In this document: in pieces, positions 1-10,384 of the stretch | How the letters are laid out: the number at the start of each line of letters is the position of its first letter | How positions within the stretch are numbered: the first letter of the stretch is position 1 | Assembly: GCA_039033795.1 (NCBI GenBank) | Contig: JBCCBY010000001.1 | Span: 1-38,551 of the forward strand | Direction: 5' to 3' | DNA from: Pseudomonadota bacterium | Lineage (GTDB): Bacteria > Pseudomonadota > Alphaproteobacteria > Caulobacterales > Parvularculaceae | DNA length: 38,551 nucleotides | Program-made: the position numbers and the translations under genes | Notes under the pieces: generated by a model | Told to the model about the DNA's origin: nothing | The model's database searches: none | The model's input: only the letters and a program-made list of their open reading frames with translations

Positions 1-14
1 AGCAATTCTGCGCC

Positions 15-1997
15 ATGGATTACTCCCTCGGGGGCCCGACCCTTCTCGCTTGGGCGCTCGCCGCAGCAGGCACCCCGGCCGCCGCGGTTTTGACACCCGG
101 CGGCGGCCCACGGTGCGTGGCGATCGCCAGTGCGGCAGCAGCGGCTCTGGTTCTGGTCTTGGCCACCGCATTTGGTCTTTTGATGATGGCCTATGCGACA
201 ACCGACTTGTCGCTCATGAACGTCTTCACCAACAGTCACTCGTTGAAGCCTCTTGCCTACAAGATCACAGGGACATGGGGTAACCACGAGGGGAGCCTTC
301 TTCTTTGGCTGATGATCCTCGCAGGCTTTGGCGCGGCCATTGCCTTCTCGGCCCGGGGACCGTGGCCGACGCGACGTCTTGCGCTCGGTGTCCAGGGGCT
401 GTTGTCGTTTGCTTTTGTCGCTTTCACCTTGGCGACATCGAGCCCTTTTGAGCCGTATCCAGCAAACTGGCCGACACCCTTTGATGGACAGGGTTTGAAC
501 CCACTTTTACAAGACCCAGGATTGGCTATTCATCCGCCCACGCTGTATGTGGGCTATGTCGGTCTTTCGGCGGTGTTCAGTTTCACCATCGCAGCTCTTC
601 TGGAGGGGCGTCTTGGTGCGGACTGGGCCAAAACGGTGCGGCCCTTTCTGCTTGTGGCATGGTCGGCCCTCACCTTAGGAATCGGGCTTGGTGCCTTTTG
701 GGCCTATTATGAGCTCGGTTGGGGCGGCTTTTGGTTTTGGGACCCCGTCGAGAATGCCTCGCTGATGCCGTGGCTTGCCAGCACCGCTTTGCTTCATTGC
801 GTGATGGTTGTGGAGCGACGCGACGCCCTCAAACCTTGGTGCGCTGCCCTTGCGATCCTCGCGTTCGGTGCATCGCTTTTGGGCACGTTTTTGGTTCGTT
901 CAGGGATCGTCACCTCGGTTCACGCCTTTGCCAACGACCCCGAGCGTGGTCTGGTCCTTCTCTTTCTCGCCGTCGTTTTCACAGGTGGAGGTTTCACCTT
1001 GTTCGCTTGGCGCGGCGCGGCGCTCACGAAAGACCAGGCCTTTGAGGCCGTGAGCCGAGAGGGCGCACTCGTCATCAACAATCTGTTGTTGTCTGTTCTT
1101 CTGTTTACGGTGTTTTTAGGGACCTTCTGGCCGACGGTGGTGGAAGTCTTGACCGGCAGTCGTATCTCCGTCGGGCCACCTTATTACAATCTTATGTCGG
1201 GACCGCTTGCTGTGCTTCTTGCGGCAACGCTTGTGTTTGGTCTCCTTGTGCCGTGGCGCCGGCCCGGCAGAGGACACTGGCAACGACCGATGGCCATCAT
1301 CACAGGGGCAAGCGTCGTTCTCGCGCTCGGTATGCTCTTGCTGACAGGCGGCACCGCGTTGGCCGCGATGGGGTTGATTGCGGGTTTGATGGTTTTTGGC
1401 GGGGTGGCGGCGGATCTTTTGCGCAAGGCAGGATGGCCTGGCGCTTCTGTTCGGACAGCGATCAACAGGCTGGGCGGTCTCACGTCACGGCAATGGGGTT
1501 CAACGATCGCCCATGGAGGCGTCGGTTTTCTGCTTCTCGGGATCACCGCCAGCACGACGTTCCAGCAAGAAATCCGGGCACCACTCAAGCCGGGCGAGAG
1601 TGTCACCCTTGGCCGCGTTGTTTTCACCTATGAAGGCCGGGTCGGCCAAGCAGGGGCTAATTTTATCGCGGAAGTTGATCGGTTTACCGCGCGCGATGGA
1701 AACAAGGTGATCGCAGACCTTAGGCCTTCACGACGCTATTATCCCGCCGCTGATCAAGCGACCACGGAAGTCGCCATCAAAAGGATAGGTCTCGGCAATC
1801 TCTACCTTGCCTCGGGTGCCACGCAGAATGGCGGCGATGTGCGGGTGGTGCGCGCCTATCACCATCCGATGATCCATGTTCTTTGGGGAGGGGCGTTGTT
1901 GATCGCCTTGGGTGGCCTTGTCGCTGCGCTGCCGGCACGAAAGACGGCGGCTGTCCGCAGCGCGAGGACACAAGCATCCGGCGCGACCACGGCATGA
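15..1997 (+). CDS. ccmF: cytochrome c heme lyase subunit CcmF
   Basis: WWD motif [47 protein letters not shown]; many TM segments. The frame is open upstream of ATG 15, so the exact start is uncertain. Confidence 0.97.
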   Translation: MDYSLGGPTLLAWALAAAGTPAAAVLTPGGGPRCVAIASAAAAALVLVLATAFGLLMMAYATTDLSLMNVFTNSHSLKPLAYKITGTWGNHEGSLLLWLMILAGFGAAIAFSARGPWPTRRLALGVQGLLSFAFVAFTLATSSPFEPYPANWPTPFDGQGLNPLLQDPGLAIHPPTLYVGYVGLSAVFSFTIAALLEGRLGADWAKTVRPFLLVAWSALTLGIGLGAFWAYYELGWGGFWFWDPVENASLMPWLASTALLHCVMVVERRDALKPWCAALAILAFGASLLGTFLVRSGIVTSVHAFANDPERGLVLLFLAVVFTGGGFTLFAWRGAALTKDQAFEAVSREGALVINNLLLSVLLFTVFLGTFWPTVVEVLTGSRISVGPPYYNLMSGPLAVLLAATLVFGLLVPWRRPGRGHWQRPMAIITGASVVLALGMLLLTGGTALAAMGLIAGLMVFGGVAADLLRKAGWPGASVRTAINRLGGLTSRQWGSTIAHGGVGFLLLGITASTTFQQEIRAPLKPGESVTLGRVVFTYEGRVGQAGANFIAEVDRFTARDGNKVIADLRPSRRYYPAADQATTEVAIKRIGLGNLYLASGATQNGGDVRVVRAYHHPMIHVLWGGALLIALGGLVAALPARKTAAVRSARTQASGATTA

Positions 1998-2350
1998 CCG
2001 GGATCCTTGCGCTTCTTTTCTTGGCGCAAACCGCCCTTATTGACGAGGAGCGCGCGAAAAACCTTGATGCGCAACTGCGCTGTGTTGTCTGTCAAAACCA
2101 ATCGATTGCCGACAGCGATGCCGAACTCGCCAATGTCATGCGCGCATTGGTGCGTGAACGCCTGGCGGCGGGCGATAGTGACGACGAGGTGCTGACCTAC
2201 GTGACCGATCGCTACGGCGAGTACGTGCTGTTGACGCCCTCACGCTCCGCCAAGAACACGGTCCTTTGGATCGGCCCAGCCTTGGCCTTGGTCTTTGGCG
2301 GCGCTTTGGCCTTCTCGGTTTTCCGAAGCAGCGCTAAGTCCCTTGAATGA
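1994..2350 (+). CDS. ccmH: cytochrome c biogenesis protein CcmH/CycL
   Basis: [14 protein letters not shown] motif and RYGEYVLL; ATG 1994 overlaps the ccmF stop (ATGA), so the ORF-track 5' extension is discarded. Confidence 0.95.
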   Translation: MTGILALLFLAQTALIDEERAKNLDAQLRCVVCQNQSIADSDAELANVMRALVRERLAAGDSDDEVLTYVTDRYGEYVLLTPSRSAKNTVLWIGPALALVFGGALAFSVFRSSAKSLE

Positions 2351-2964
2351 GTTCTTTTCCCGTCCTGCTCCGATGGACCTTGGCATCGGGCGCAGCAGCC
2401 TTTGCGCTGCTCGTAGGAGGGTTTTTTGTCTTTTGCGCCACCATTCCGCGCGCCGACGACAACACCCATCAACAAGTTGCTGAGGCTATTGCCCAATTTC
2501 CCGTGCATCAGCGGGCGATCGTTGTGCTCACCGGGGAACGGGGCGGCAGAATCCAGGAGGGTTTGAGCCTCGGCGCCACGGGCATCGCAGACAGAATTTT
2601 GATTTCCGGCGTCAACCCTGACACCACCAAGGATGATCTCAGCGCCATGGGGTCGATGGCCATGCTCGATTGCTGCGTCGATCTTGGCCCCAAGGCACGA
2701 TCAACCCGGGACAATGCGATCGAAGCGCGCGATTGGCTTGAGGACCGTCAATACAAGGCCGCGCTGCTCGTCACGTCCGACTTCCATCTTCCGCGTGCCC
2801 GCGCTGAGCTGCGCCGTGTCGTGCCGAACATCGAGATCATCGGCGTGCCTGTTGCATCAGAACTGGCGCCTGAAAAAGCGTGGATGTCGCGCATCGTGTC
2901 ATGGCGCGTGCTCGGCAAGGAGTACTTAAAGTTCCTTGTTGTCAGCCTAAGGCTGCCCCTTTGA
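2347..2964 (+). CDS. YdcF/DUF218 family protein
   Basis: N-terminal [38 protein letters not shown] motifs; ATGA overlap with ccmH. Confidence 0.9.
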   Translation: MSSFPVLLRWTLASGAAAFALLVGGFFVFCATIPRADDNTHQQVAEAIAQFPVHQRAIVVLTGERGGRIQEGLSLGATGIADRILISGVNPDTTKDDLSAMGSMAMLDCCVDLGPKARSTRDNAIEARDWLEDRQYKAALLVTSDFHLPRARAELRRVVPNIEIIGVPVASELAPEKAWMSRIVSWRVLGKEYLKFLVVSLRLPL

Positions 2965-2968
2965 CGCC

Positions 2969-3649
2969 ATGACGAAATTGCGTTCGATCCTATTCCTTGC
3001 CTCGATGATGATCAGTGCATTGATTATTGGCGTGATAGCCCTACCGGCCCTGCTGCGGCGCGACTGGTCTTTGGCGATTTCGAAACTCTGGTGTCGGACA
3101 TGCCTTCTCTCTCTGCGCGTTCTTTGCGGGATCGACGATCGAATCACGGGGGCTGACTATTTGCCCAAAGATGCAGCCATTATCGCGGCCAAGCATCAAT
3201 CGATGTGGGAAACTCTTCGCCTCACCACCCTTCTCCCGCGCCCAAGCTTTGTCCTCAAAAAAGAGCTCAAACACTGGCCGATCTTTTCATGGTTCGCCCG
3301 GCGCAACGGCTTCATTTTCATCGACCGTGCCGCTGGCGCATCGGCGCTCCGGGACATGACCATCGCAGCAAAGGAACGGGCGGCTGAAGGTGCACAGATC
3401 ATTATTTTTCCTGAAGGAACTCGGGTGAAACCTGGCGAAAAAGCCCCCTATCAACCGGGTGTGGCAGCCCTCGCTAAAGCACTTGGCGTGCCAACTGTTC
3501 CGGTGACCCATGACAGCGGCCGCTACTGGCTTCAACCAGGCCCAGAAAAGAAGGCTGGGACCGTCGATATGACAATCATGCCAGCGCTGCCAGCACCAAA
3601 AGATCGAAAGGCCTATCTCGCACAGCTCGAAGCCGCTATTGACGGTTAG
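2969..3649 (+). CDS. plsC: 1-acyl-sn-glycerol-3-phosphate acyltransferase (PlsC family)
   Basis: KHQSMWET (HX4D-like), FVLKKEL, FIDR, IFPEGTR motifs. Confidence 0.92.
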   Translation: MTKLRSILFLASMMISALIIGVIALPALLRRDWSLAISKLWCRTCLLSLRVLCGIDDRITGADYLPKDAAIIAAKHQSMWETLRLTTLLPRPSFVLKKELKHWPIFSWFARRNGFIFIDRAAGASALRDMTIAAKERAAEGAQIIIFPEGTRVKPGEKAPYQPGVAALAKALGVPTVPVTHDSGRYWLQPGPEKKAGTVDMTIMPALPAPKDRKAYLAQLEAAIDG

Positions 3650-3671
3650 TTTGTCGCGCAGGGACCTTGAC

Positions 3672-4595
3672 ATGTTTGCTGACCTTCGAGATCGCCTCGG
3701 CTTGATCATACCTTTTGCGGTGTTCGGCATCTTTGCGATTGTCTACACGGTGATTTGGTTTAAAGGCGCCGCTCTCATCCGTGTAGAGATCGCCGAGGCT
3801 GTTGAACGAGAAGCTGCAGCAGGGCGAACCCTCGACATCAGCGAGACCAAGATCGGGGGATTTCCATTCAACCTTCGCGGAAAAATGACCGATGTGGTCT
3901 ACACGCGTCCCGGTCTTGGCTCGTTTGAGGCTGAAGAAGTGGTCTTCGCAACACTGCCCTTAAGCCCTGACCGCGTGATCCTCTCTCCGCGGGGCGAACA
4001 ATACGTCACGATCGGTCAAGAGCGTTATAGTCTTGAGACTGAGGACCTTCGTCTTAGCCTAGCACAGAGCGAGACCGCGCTCGAAACCCATGGCGTGAGC
4101 TTGACATCGGACGAGCGGACGATAGTGATCACGACACTGATCGGTAATGTCCAGCAGCTCGAACGGAGCTCGGCCATTGCGGTTGGTGTTCGCGGTTTTG
4201 TTCTGGATGGTGAGACCCCGATTGGTGTTCCTGTCGCCGATTTGGCCGCCTCCGCCAAAGATGACACCCTCACTGTTGCAAGTCTTGGTTTTTCTGTGGG
4301 TGAGAATGATGGCGAAGCACCGAGCCAGGTCATGGGAAGAGGCGAACTTCTCTTTGACGATAAAGGACGGGCAAACGGTCAGCTCGATGTGACGATCACA
4401 AATCAAGACCCGCTCATTGAAGTGTTGACGAGCACCGGCTCCTTGGGTGCAGGAGAAGCGGCAGGTGCGCGGCTCGTCCTTGGACTGATGAGTGATAACG
4501 GTAACGAAGCGGTGGAGCTACCCTTCACCTTCAGCGGCGGACGGATGGAGCTAGGCCCGCTCAAAATCGGCAGCATGCCGCCCCTGCCTCGCTAG
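3672..4595 (+). CDS. DUF2125 family membrane-anchored protein
   Basis: N-terminal TM ending YTVIWF, IGGFPFNL motif, C-terminal LPFTFSGGRMELGPLKIG; ATG 3672 chosen as start. Confidence 0.8.
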   Translation: MFADLRDRLGLIIPFAVFGIFAIVYTVIWFKGAALIRVEIAEAVEREAAAGRTLDISETKIGGFPFNLRGKMTDVVYTRPGLGSFEAEEVVFATLPLSPDRVILSPRGEQYVTIGQERYSLETEDLRLSLAQSETALETHGVSLTSDERTIVITTLIGNVQQLERSSAIAVGVRGFVLDGETPIGVPVADLAASAKDDTLTVASLGFSVGENDGEAPSQVMGRGELLFDDKGRANGQLDVTITNQDPLIEVLTSTGSLGAGEAAGARLVLGLMSDNGNEAVELPFTFSGGRMELGPLKIGSMPPLPR

Positions 4596-4639
4596 GTGAT
4601 CCGTTCTCGGTTCATATCACCCCAAGAGACAAAAAATCT

Positions 4640-5749
4640 CTACGGATTGAGAAAAGATGGCGCAAAGGAAAGCGCCGCCGTCAGGAACGCGTCGTTCGCC
4701 ACGCGATCGCCGATCGAGACCCGGATCATCGTTGGCAAGTTTGAGCTCGTCAGGCCACGAACCAGAACTTGATGGTCTTCACAGTGCTGAAGAAAAGCAG
4801 CAGCGTTCTCGACAGCACCCATATCGATCAAAAGGAAATTTGCTTTGGTGTCGCGAACAGCCAGGCCCGCGCCCAGCAAAGCTTGGGACAGGCGTGCCAT
4901 CTCCGCGTCATTATGGGCACGATTTTTCCGCACGAACGCCTGATCGTTGAGCGCCGCGGTGGCGGATGCGATCCCCGGTGCTGACACATTAAACGGCCCA
5001 CGCACGCGGTTCAGCGTATCAATCACAGAGGGAGGAGCAAACGCCCACCCCACACGAAGGCCACCCAAGCCATAGATCTTGGAAAACGTCCTTGTCATGA
5101 CAACATTGTCCGCGCCGGACGCTGTTGCATCCTGTACAAACCCGTGTCCTGGGTCGTAGTCAGGCTCCGCCCTATACTCAGCATAGGCTCCATCAAGAAC
5201 AAGCATGACCTGGCTGGGTAATTCATCGCGCAAGCGCTGAACCTCGTCGCGCGGTAGGAGTGTGCCCGTTGGATTGTTCGGGTTCGCCAAGAAGAGAAGC
5301 CGTGTTTTTTCGGTGACCGCGGCGAGAAGCGCACCGACATCGGCGACGAGGTCATCCTCCTCCGCCTGCACAGGGACACAGCCCTCGGCCATCGCCGCGA
5401 TCGGATAGTAGCTGAAACCATGCCGTGTCATGAGGACTTCATCACCTGGACTGGAATAGCTTCGGACCATGAGGCTTAGAAGTTCATCCGACCCCGCCCC
5501 GATGATCAATTGCTCTGCTGGCAGACCGTGGACCGCACTCAGTTTGTCGCGCAGCACCTGGGCATGGCCGTCCGGATAGCGATGTTGCGAGGAAGCAGCG
5601 TCCTTGAGGGCGTCGATTGCCGATGGCGCCGGGCCAAGGGCACTCTCGTTGGACGAAAGCTTATAGACCGCCTCACCCGACAATGTCGCTTTGCCGGGGA
5701 CATAGGGTGAGATTGATTGAATACCGGGTCGCGGCGCAGGTCGTTGCAT
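4640..5749 (-). CDS. hisC: histidinol-phosphate aminotransferase
   Basis: YVPGK, KLSSNES, RYPD, GSDE, NPNNPTG, D.AY.EY, TRTFSKIYGLGGLRVGW (PLP lysine). Confidence 0.96.
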   Translation of the reverse strand: MQRPAPRPGIQSISPYVPGKATLSGEAVYKLSSNESALGPAPSAIDALKDAASSQHRYPDGHAQVLRDKLSAVHGLPAEQLIIGAGSDELLSLMVRSYSSPGDEVLMTRHGFSYYPIAAMAEGCVPVQAEEDDLVADVGALLAAVTEKTRLLFLANPNNPTGTLLPRDEVQRLRDELPSQVMLVLDGAYAEYRAEPDYDPGHGFVQDATASGADNVVMTRTFSKIYGLGGLRVGWAFAPPSVIDTLNRVRGPFNVSAPGIASATAALNDQAFVRKNRAHNDAEMARLSQALLGAGLAVRDTKANFLLIDMGAVENAAAFLQHCEDHQVLVRGLTSSNLPTMIRVSIGDRVANDAFLTAALSFAPSFLNP

Positions 5750-5781
5750 GATGTCCCTCTGCCCGAGGATGCAGGCATTGC

Positions 5782-6531
5782 CTAGTCGATCTCGTGTCGC
5801 TCTCTTTCCGCAGCAAGGCCTGCGGGACGGCGGGCGGGTGAAAGGAAAGGCCGCAAAACCTCGGCTTTGGTCCCCTGCACGGGCGCCGCCAATGACCGCC
5901 GCGCTTCGATCAACAACGCCCCAGCGACATTGGGAAGCGGCATGCCAAGGGGTTCAAGCCGCGACGCTGTTCTCTCCCAAAGCGGTGCCACGGGCGCAAG
6001 CCGCGGAACCGGAGGGAAATAGAGCGCCGATGCTTGCGCCGTCGGTGCGAAGAGCGAGCGATGAAGAAGGTTGATCAGCTGTCGGCGGGAGTAGGCCCGA
6101 CCAGCCGCAAACACAGAATTCTCCACCAAGGTCCAAAAGCCGTGGCGGTTGGCCGTTACCACAATGACCCGTCCATCATCGGCGAGCACCCGCCAGGCTT
6201 CGCGCAGCGTTCGCTTGGGATCGGGCGCCTCTTCGAGACCGTGCATGATCACAAGCCGATCGATGGAGGCTTCGCGCAAGGGCCATCGGTCCTCGTCAAC
6301 AAGCACTTCATTCATGGCCCCCAAGGGACCAGCGCCTGCGGGCACCATCGAAATATGCCGCTCGGCTTCTGGAAAGACACGCAGGATCGGTGCGGTGAAA
6401 CCAAACCCGGCCAGCCGCAGGCCTCGCGCCTGGCCCCAGGCATCTTGGAGCTTCGCCATGAGGAGCTCCATGGCCACCAGACCCAGTCGAGAGCGATAAA
6501 AGTCGCTCAATTCCTCACTGCTCATCCGCAC
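5782..6531 (-). CDS. class I SAM-dependent methyltransferase-like protein (YafS-like, divergent from gloB)
   Basis: LSDFYRSRLG, LAGFGFTAP, SIDRLVIMHGLE, LREAWRVLADDGR; typical position opposite gloB. Confidence 0.85.
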   Translation of the reverse strand: MRMSSEELSDFYRSRLGLVAMELLMAKLQDAWGQARGLRLAGFGFTAPILRVFPEAERHISMVPAGAGPLGAMNEVLVDEDRWPLREASIDRLVIMHGLEEAPDPKRTLREAWRVLADDGRVIVVTANRHGFWTLVENSVFAAGRAYSRRQLINLLHRSLFAPTAQASALYFPPVPRLAPVAPLWERTASRLEPLGMPLPNVAGALLIEARRSLAAPVQGTKAEVLRPFLSPARRPAGLAAERERHEID

Positions 6532-6598
6532 GCTGGGTTCTTATCCTTATCGCGGCTCGCGTTTCGCGCTATGGTCCCCATGTAGGAGAAGGAAGCGC

Positions 6599-7381
6599 AT
6601 GATGCATCACCGCGGTCGTATCACGGTTCATCAATTCCCATGCTTGTCGGACAATTATGGCTTTCTTGTGCGCGACGGAGCGACAGGGACTGTTGCCAGC
6701 ATTGATGCACCGGACGCCACGACGATTATTGCTGAGGCTGAAAGCCTTGGCTGGACAATCAATCTCGTCCTCAACACCCATTGGCACCCCGACCACGCCG
6801 GCGGGAACCGCGAGGTGGCTGATCGCTTTGGGGCGGAAATCATCGCCCCGATCGGTGAAGGTGACCGTATCCCGGAAAAAGACCGTCAAATCGATGACGG
6901 CAACACGGTGATGGTGGGCGAAACCGCGTTCAATGTTGTCGCTGTTCCCGGCCACACGTTGGGACACATCGCCTATCTGGTTCCCTCCGCCGCCACAGCT
7001 TTTGTTGGGGATACGCTTTTTTCCTTGGGTTGCGGACGGGTTTTTGAAGGAACGGCAGAGCAAATGTGGACGTCGCTTCTAAAGTTGCGCGCGTTGCCGG
7101 ACGAAACGATGATTTTTTGCGCCCACGAATACACAAGCGCCAATGCTGCGTTTGCGGTCACGATCGAACCTGAAAACAAAGATCTCGCAGCCCGCGCCAA
7201 AGAGATCAGCAAGCTGAGGCTCATTGACCAGCCCACTGTCCCTGTTCTTCTTGGTACCGAGAAAAAGACCAATCCCTTCCTTCGCGCAGATGATCCGGGG
7301 GTCAAGGTTGCTCTTGCTCTTGCCAGCGCAGCCGACCACGAAGTGTTTGCTGAAATCCGGACACGGAAGGATAATTTCTGA
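6599..7381 (+). CDS. gloB: hydroxyacylglutathione hydrolase (glyoxalase II)
   Basis: DNY, THWHPDHAGG (HxHxDH), PGHTLGH, GDTLFSLGCGR, CAHEYT, TNPFLR. Confidence 0.97.
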   Translation: MMHHRGRITVHQFPCLSDNYGFLVRDGATGTVASIDAPDATTIIAEAESLGWTINLVLNTHWHPDHAGGNREVADRFGAEIIAPIGEGDRIPEKDRQIDDGNTVMVGETAFNVVAVPGHTLGHIAYLVPSAATAFVGDTLFSLGCGRVFEGTAEQMWTSLLKLRALPDETMIFCAHEYTSANAAFAVTIEPENKDLAARAKEISKLRLIDQPTVPVLLGTEKKTNPFLRADDPGVKVALALASAADHEVFAEIRTRKDNF

Positions 7382-7791
7382 GCGCGCATGACCTCGCAGA
7401 GCAGCACGGACTGCTTCCCCATCCTTTCGAAGGCTACGCCCGAGAGATCTCGTCGAGCCCGGGTGCTCACCGCACCTATCTTCAGGCGCTCGGCGCCACC
7501 GATGAAGCCGGTTGGCACAAGATCGATGCTGCGACGAGGTATGTGTTGGAAGAAGGCGGGCCGCTCGTCATTAGCATCAGTCCCGATGACATCCATGCAG
7601 CCAGCCATCGATTGATGGCGCCTGGCCATCGCCTGGATCTCGCGCCCGGGTGTGCGCGGACGCTGAGTTGCCTTGGGGTGTCGGTTCTTTTCCGCGTCAG
7701 CCTTACGCCAGATATCGCTTTGACGGAACGGATCCTCATGCCAGATGACTGGTTCCCGCCGGGAGGCGCAGCGCCGAGGACGACGACGTGA
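7378..7791 (+). CDS. degenerate DUF985 (cupin_5) protein with probable CTG start
   Basis: Frame from CTG 7378 reads (M)SAHDLAEQHGLLPHPFEGYARE...GWHKIDA...GGPLVISISPD...PDDWFP. In-frame TAA at 7372-7374 bounds the frame, GGAAGG SD at 7365-7370, CTGA overlap with the gloB stop. The ORF track only finds it from 7543. Confidence 0.8.
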   Translation: MSAHDLAEQHGLLPHPFEGYAREISSSPGAHRTYLQALGATDEAGWHKIDAATRYVLEEGGPLVISISPDDIHAASHRLMAPGHRLDLAPGCARTLSCLGVSVLFRVSLTPDIALTERILMPDDWFPPGGAAPRTTT

Positions 7792-8279
7792 CGAACGAGA
7801 CTTGGTCCGAACTTCCTCGGGTTCAGCAGGCCGCCACAATCTTGGGGCTGAGCGGACTTCTTCCTTTTTGGGCGCTACCAACAGCCCATTTGTTCGGTGC
7901 CGATCTGATCGATCCCGTCGCCCAAATCATTGCTCTTTACGGCGCTGTTATTTGCTCGTTCATGGGCGGCGCGCGATGGGGCCTGGCCATGCGCACCCCC
8001 GAAAGGGGAGCCTTTGCGGGGCTGCTTGGCTCTGTGATGCCGCCTCTCCTGGCGTGGGCTTTGGTGGGATCCAGTGTGGTGGGGGCAGGTGTTCTCCAAG
8101 ACCCCTTGAAACAACTTGTGCTGATCGCCGCTCTTTTGGGCTTTCAACTCATCGAGGATTGGCGGTCCGCGGGCAAACAATTGCTATCGACCTGGTATCT
8201 TAAGCTGCGCATGGTCCTGGTGGCGGGCGCCACCACACCTATTTTCCTTGCACTGATTGTTTCCAGTTTTATGCGTTAA
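7788..8279 (+). CDS. DUF3429 family membrane protein
   Basis: LGLSGLLPF, YGAVICSFMGGARWG, WYLKLR motifs; GTGA overlap with the upstream cupin stop. Confidence 0.88.
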   Translation: MTNETWSELPRVQQAATILGLSGLLPFWALPTAHLFGADLIDPVAQIIALYGAVICSFMGGARWGLAMRTPERGAFAGLLGSVMPPLLAWALVGSSVVGAGVLQDPLKQLVLIAALLGFQLIEDWRSAGKQLLSTWYLKLRMVLVAGATTPIFLALIVSSFMR

Positions 8280-9001
8280 CGCATCCAAGAGGGCGGCGGC
8301 GCATCCGAGCGTAAGCTCCTCCGCGGCACTTCATAGACGCGCCCCTGACCGCACAAAAAGGTCCGGTAATTGCGGGCAACCACGCCGTGAAACGCCGAAT
8401 CGAGAACATTGAGCCCACCGGTAAAGGCGCCAAAAGCTGGCATCACCAAGCGGTCCCCATCGGTCACAAAGGCGGGACGACGAACACCGCGGCCGTTCTT
8501 TTGTGCCACGGCACAAGGGTGCAGATGGCCCGCAACGTTCCAGTCCGCATGGTCCCCGGGCTCATGGACAAAATTGAGACCCGCGATGTCAGCAACGGCT
8601 TTCGCCTGGCCGCCGAACCGTCGCGGCGGCAGCGGATCGTGGTTGCCGAGAATCCAGACCCATTCCGCAGCGGCGCACAACCCCTCAAGCCGCGAAGCAT
8701 CCGCTTCATCCATGCGGGCCTCTGCCCCAAGGTCATGAAACGCATCCCCCAAGGAGACAACAACCCTGGGTTGGCAAAGACGCATCAAACGCTCGAGCGT
8801 ATCGAGCGTCGCACGGGTATCGTAGGGCGGCAAAAACTGCCCCTTTTGGGCAAAATGCGAGCCCTTCTCAAAGTGCAGATCCGAGACAACGAGCACGCGC
8901 TCATGCGGCAACCAAAGGGCTCCGGAACAATCGAAAATGGCCGCAACGCCTTTAATCGTCAGGCTTTCAGGCAAAGCAGCAATGGTCGCTAAAGCACCCA
9001 T
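8276..9001 (-). CDS. pdeM: ligase-associated DNA damage response metallophosphoesterase/endonuclease PdeM
   Basis: SDLHFEKG, LPPYDT, LGDAFHD, GNHD, HEP, GHLHP, MPAFGAFTGGLNV. Confidence 0.92.
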   Translation of the reverse strand: MGALATIAALPESLTIKGVAAIFDCSGALWLPHERVLVVSDLHFEKGSHFAQKGQFLPPYDTRATLDTLERLMRLCQPRVVVSLGDAFHDLGAEARMDEADASRLEGLCAAAEWVWILGNHDPLPPRRFGGQAKAVADIAGLNFVHEPGDHADWNVAGHLHPCAVAQKNGRGVRRPAFVTDGDRLVMPAFGAFTGGLNVLDSAFHGVVARNYRTFLCGQGRVYEVPRRSLRSDAPPPSWMR

Positions 9002-9136
9002 TAAACCAGCTTACCGCGATCTGATGATGCGGGGAAGAAAATGACACGAATGGGGAGAACTCATGCGCGAGCCCGCATGTTTGCTGCCGATTAAGGTCTT
9101 TGCCCTAGCCTCTCTTGTGATCTTCGAGGACAGACC

Positions 9137-10384
9137 ATGAACAGAGGCTCCAACTTGGCACCATCGGACGCAAATGGTATTCCGAGCGATCAGCTGTTCA
9201 ATGCAGCCAGTCAACTTCTCGTTGCAACACGGCGACAACAGAGCCGGACCGACCGTCTTTATGCGAACGAGCTGGCAATGCAGCTCATCGCTGCGATGGA
9301 TGACAAGGCGTTGGTGAAAACAGCCGAGCTGATCGGCAAAATGGCCGAGGCGCCTGAAGAATTGCAGCGCGCCATTGCTTTCACATCGCTGTCTGGCGCT
9401 GAAGTCATCCTATCCAGCCGACACACGGGTGATGCTGTGCTCATGGAAGCGGTGTCCAAAGACATCGCCTATCGCCGCATCATCGCAAGGCGCCCATCGC
9501 TATCCGAGCCTGTGGTGAACCGCCTCCTGTTCCATGAAGAGCCAGAGATTGAAAACGTCCTCCTTCCGCGGGCTGACGTTCCAATCTCAAAGAACCGCAT
9601 GGCCCGGCTCGTCAACCGCGCTTCGAGCCGCGTGGGATTGGCGACCATGTTGACCAATCGCTCCGACCTTAATGCTAGGCTCAGCCTTCGTCTCTTCTGG
9701 GCGCTCGGCACCGATGGCCGGCGGGCGGTCCTTGAAAAATTCAACGTCGACCCAGCTTTTGCAGCCGACGTCTTCACCCAAGTGCTCGGCACAAAAATCG
9801 AGGCTTATGGAGACCAGCCGCTGGCAAAGATGGCCAGATTGATCACGCGCGCCCAGGCCTTTGAAAAGGTGGGACGGTCACGCCGCAACGGCGCACAATA
9901 CGACCAACTTTTGCTCTCGATGCGGAAGGATAACTCGAACGCGGTGGTGAAAGATGCGGCGCGGGAAGGCCTCATCAGCGAGCTTCTTGCGTCGCGCATC
10001 ATCAATGATGCAGGGGGTGAGCCGTTGACCGTGTTCGCAGCAGCACTGAATGTCTCCGAAAAGGGGTTTGCGAAAATGCTCTCGGAACGTCCTGGATCGC
10101 GGATCGGATTGCCCGCGCTGAGCGGTAAAGACCGCAAGCGTCTCGAGAAGGTTTTTCAAAACCTCGGCCCCGCTGCGGCTGGTGCTATTCTCAGCTATTG
10201 GGATATCGATCTGAGTGAGGAGCGCCTTGATTTGCCCTCTGCGTCGACAGAAGGTGATATGGCGAGTATCGAAAAGCGTCTTCGCGATGCTTTTGATACG
10301 GATGACAAGAACCAGAACACCGCCAGCGATGCCTTGACCGATGCACAAGACACCGACGAAACGCCGCATTCGGCTCGCGGCTAA
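9137..10384 (+). CDS. DUF2336-like protein
   Basis: Helical repeat pattern (EAPEEL..AIA, RRIIARRPSLSEPVV..LL, L..RSDL, D.GGEPL.V) resembling DUF2336; acidic low-complexity tail. Confidence 0.65.
   Translation: MNRGSNLAPSDANGIPSDQLFNAASQLLVATRRQQSRTDRLYANELAMQLIAAMDDKALVKTAELIGKMAEAPEELQRAIAFTSLSGAEVILSSRHTGDAVLMEAVSKDIAYRRIIARRPSLSEPVVNRLLFHEEPEIENVLLPRADVPISKNRMARLVNRASSRVGLATMLTNRSDLNARLSLRLFWALGTDGRRAVLEKFNVDPAFAADVFTQVLGTKIEAYGDQPLAKMARLITRAQAFEKVGRSRRNGAQYDQLLLSMRKDNSNAVVKDAAREGLISELLASRIINDAGGEPLTVFAAALNVSEKGFAKMLSERPGSRIGLPALSGKDRKRLEKVFQNLGPAAAGAILSYWDIDLSEERLDLPSASTEGDMASIEKRLRDAFDTDDKNQNTASDALTDAQDTDETPHSARG

Noticed and set aside
6973-7881. 302-aa minus-strand ORF
   Set aside because: Antisense to gloB, the cupin and DUF3429; low-complexity Arg/Ser-rich translation.
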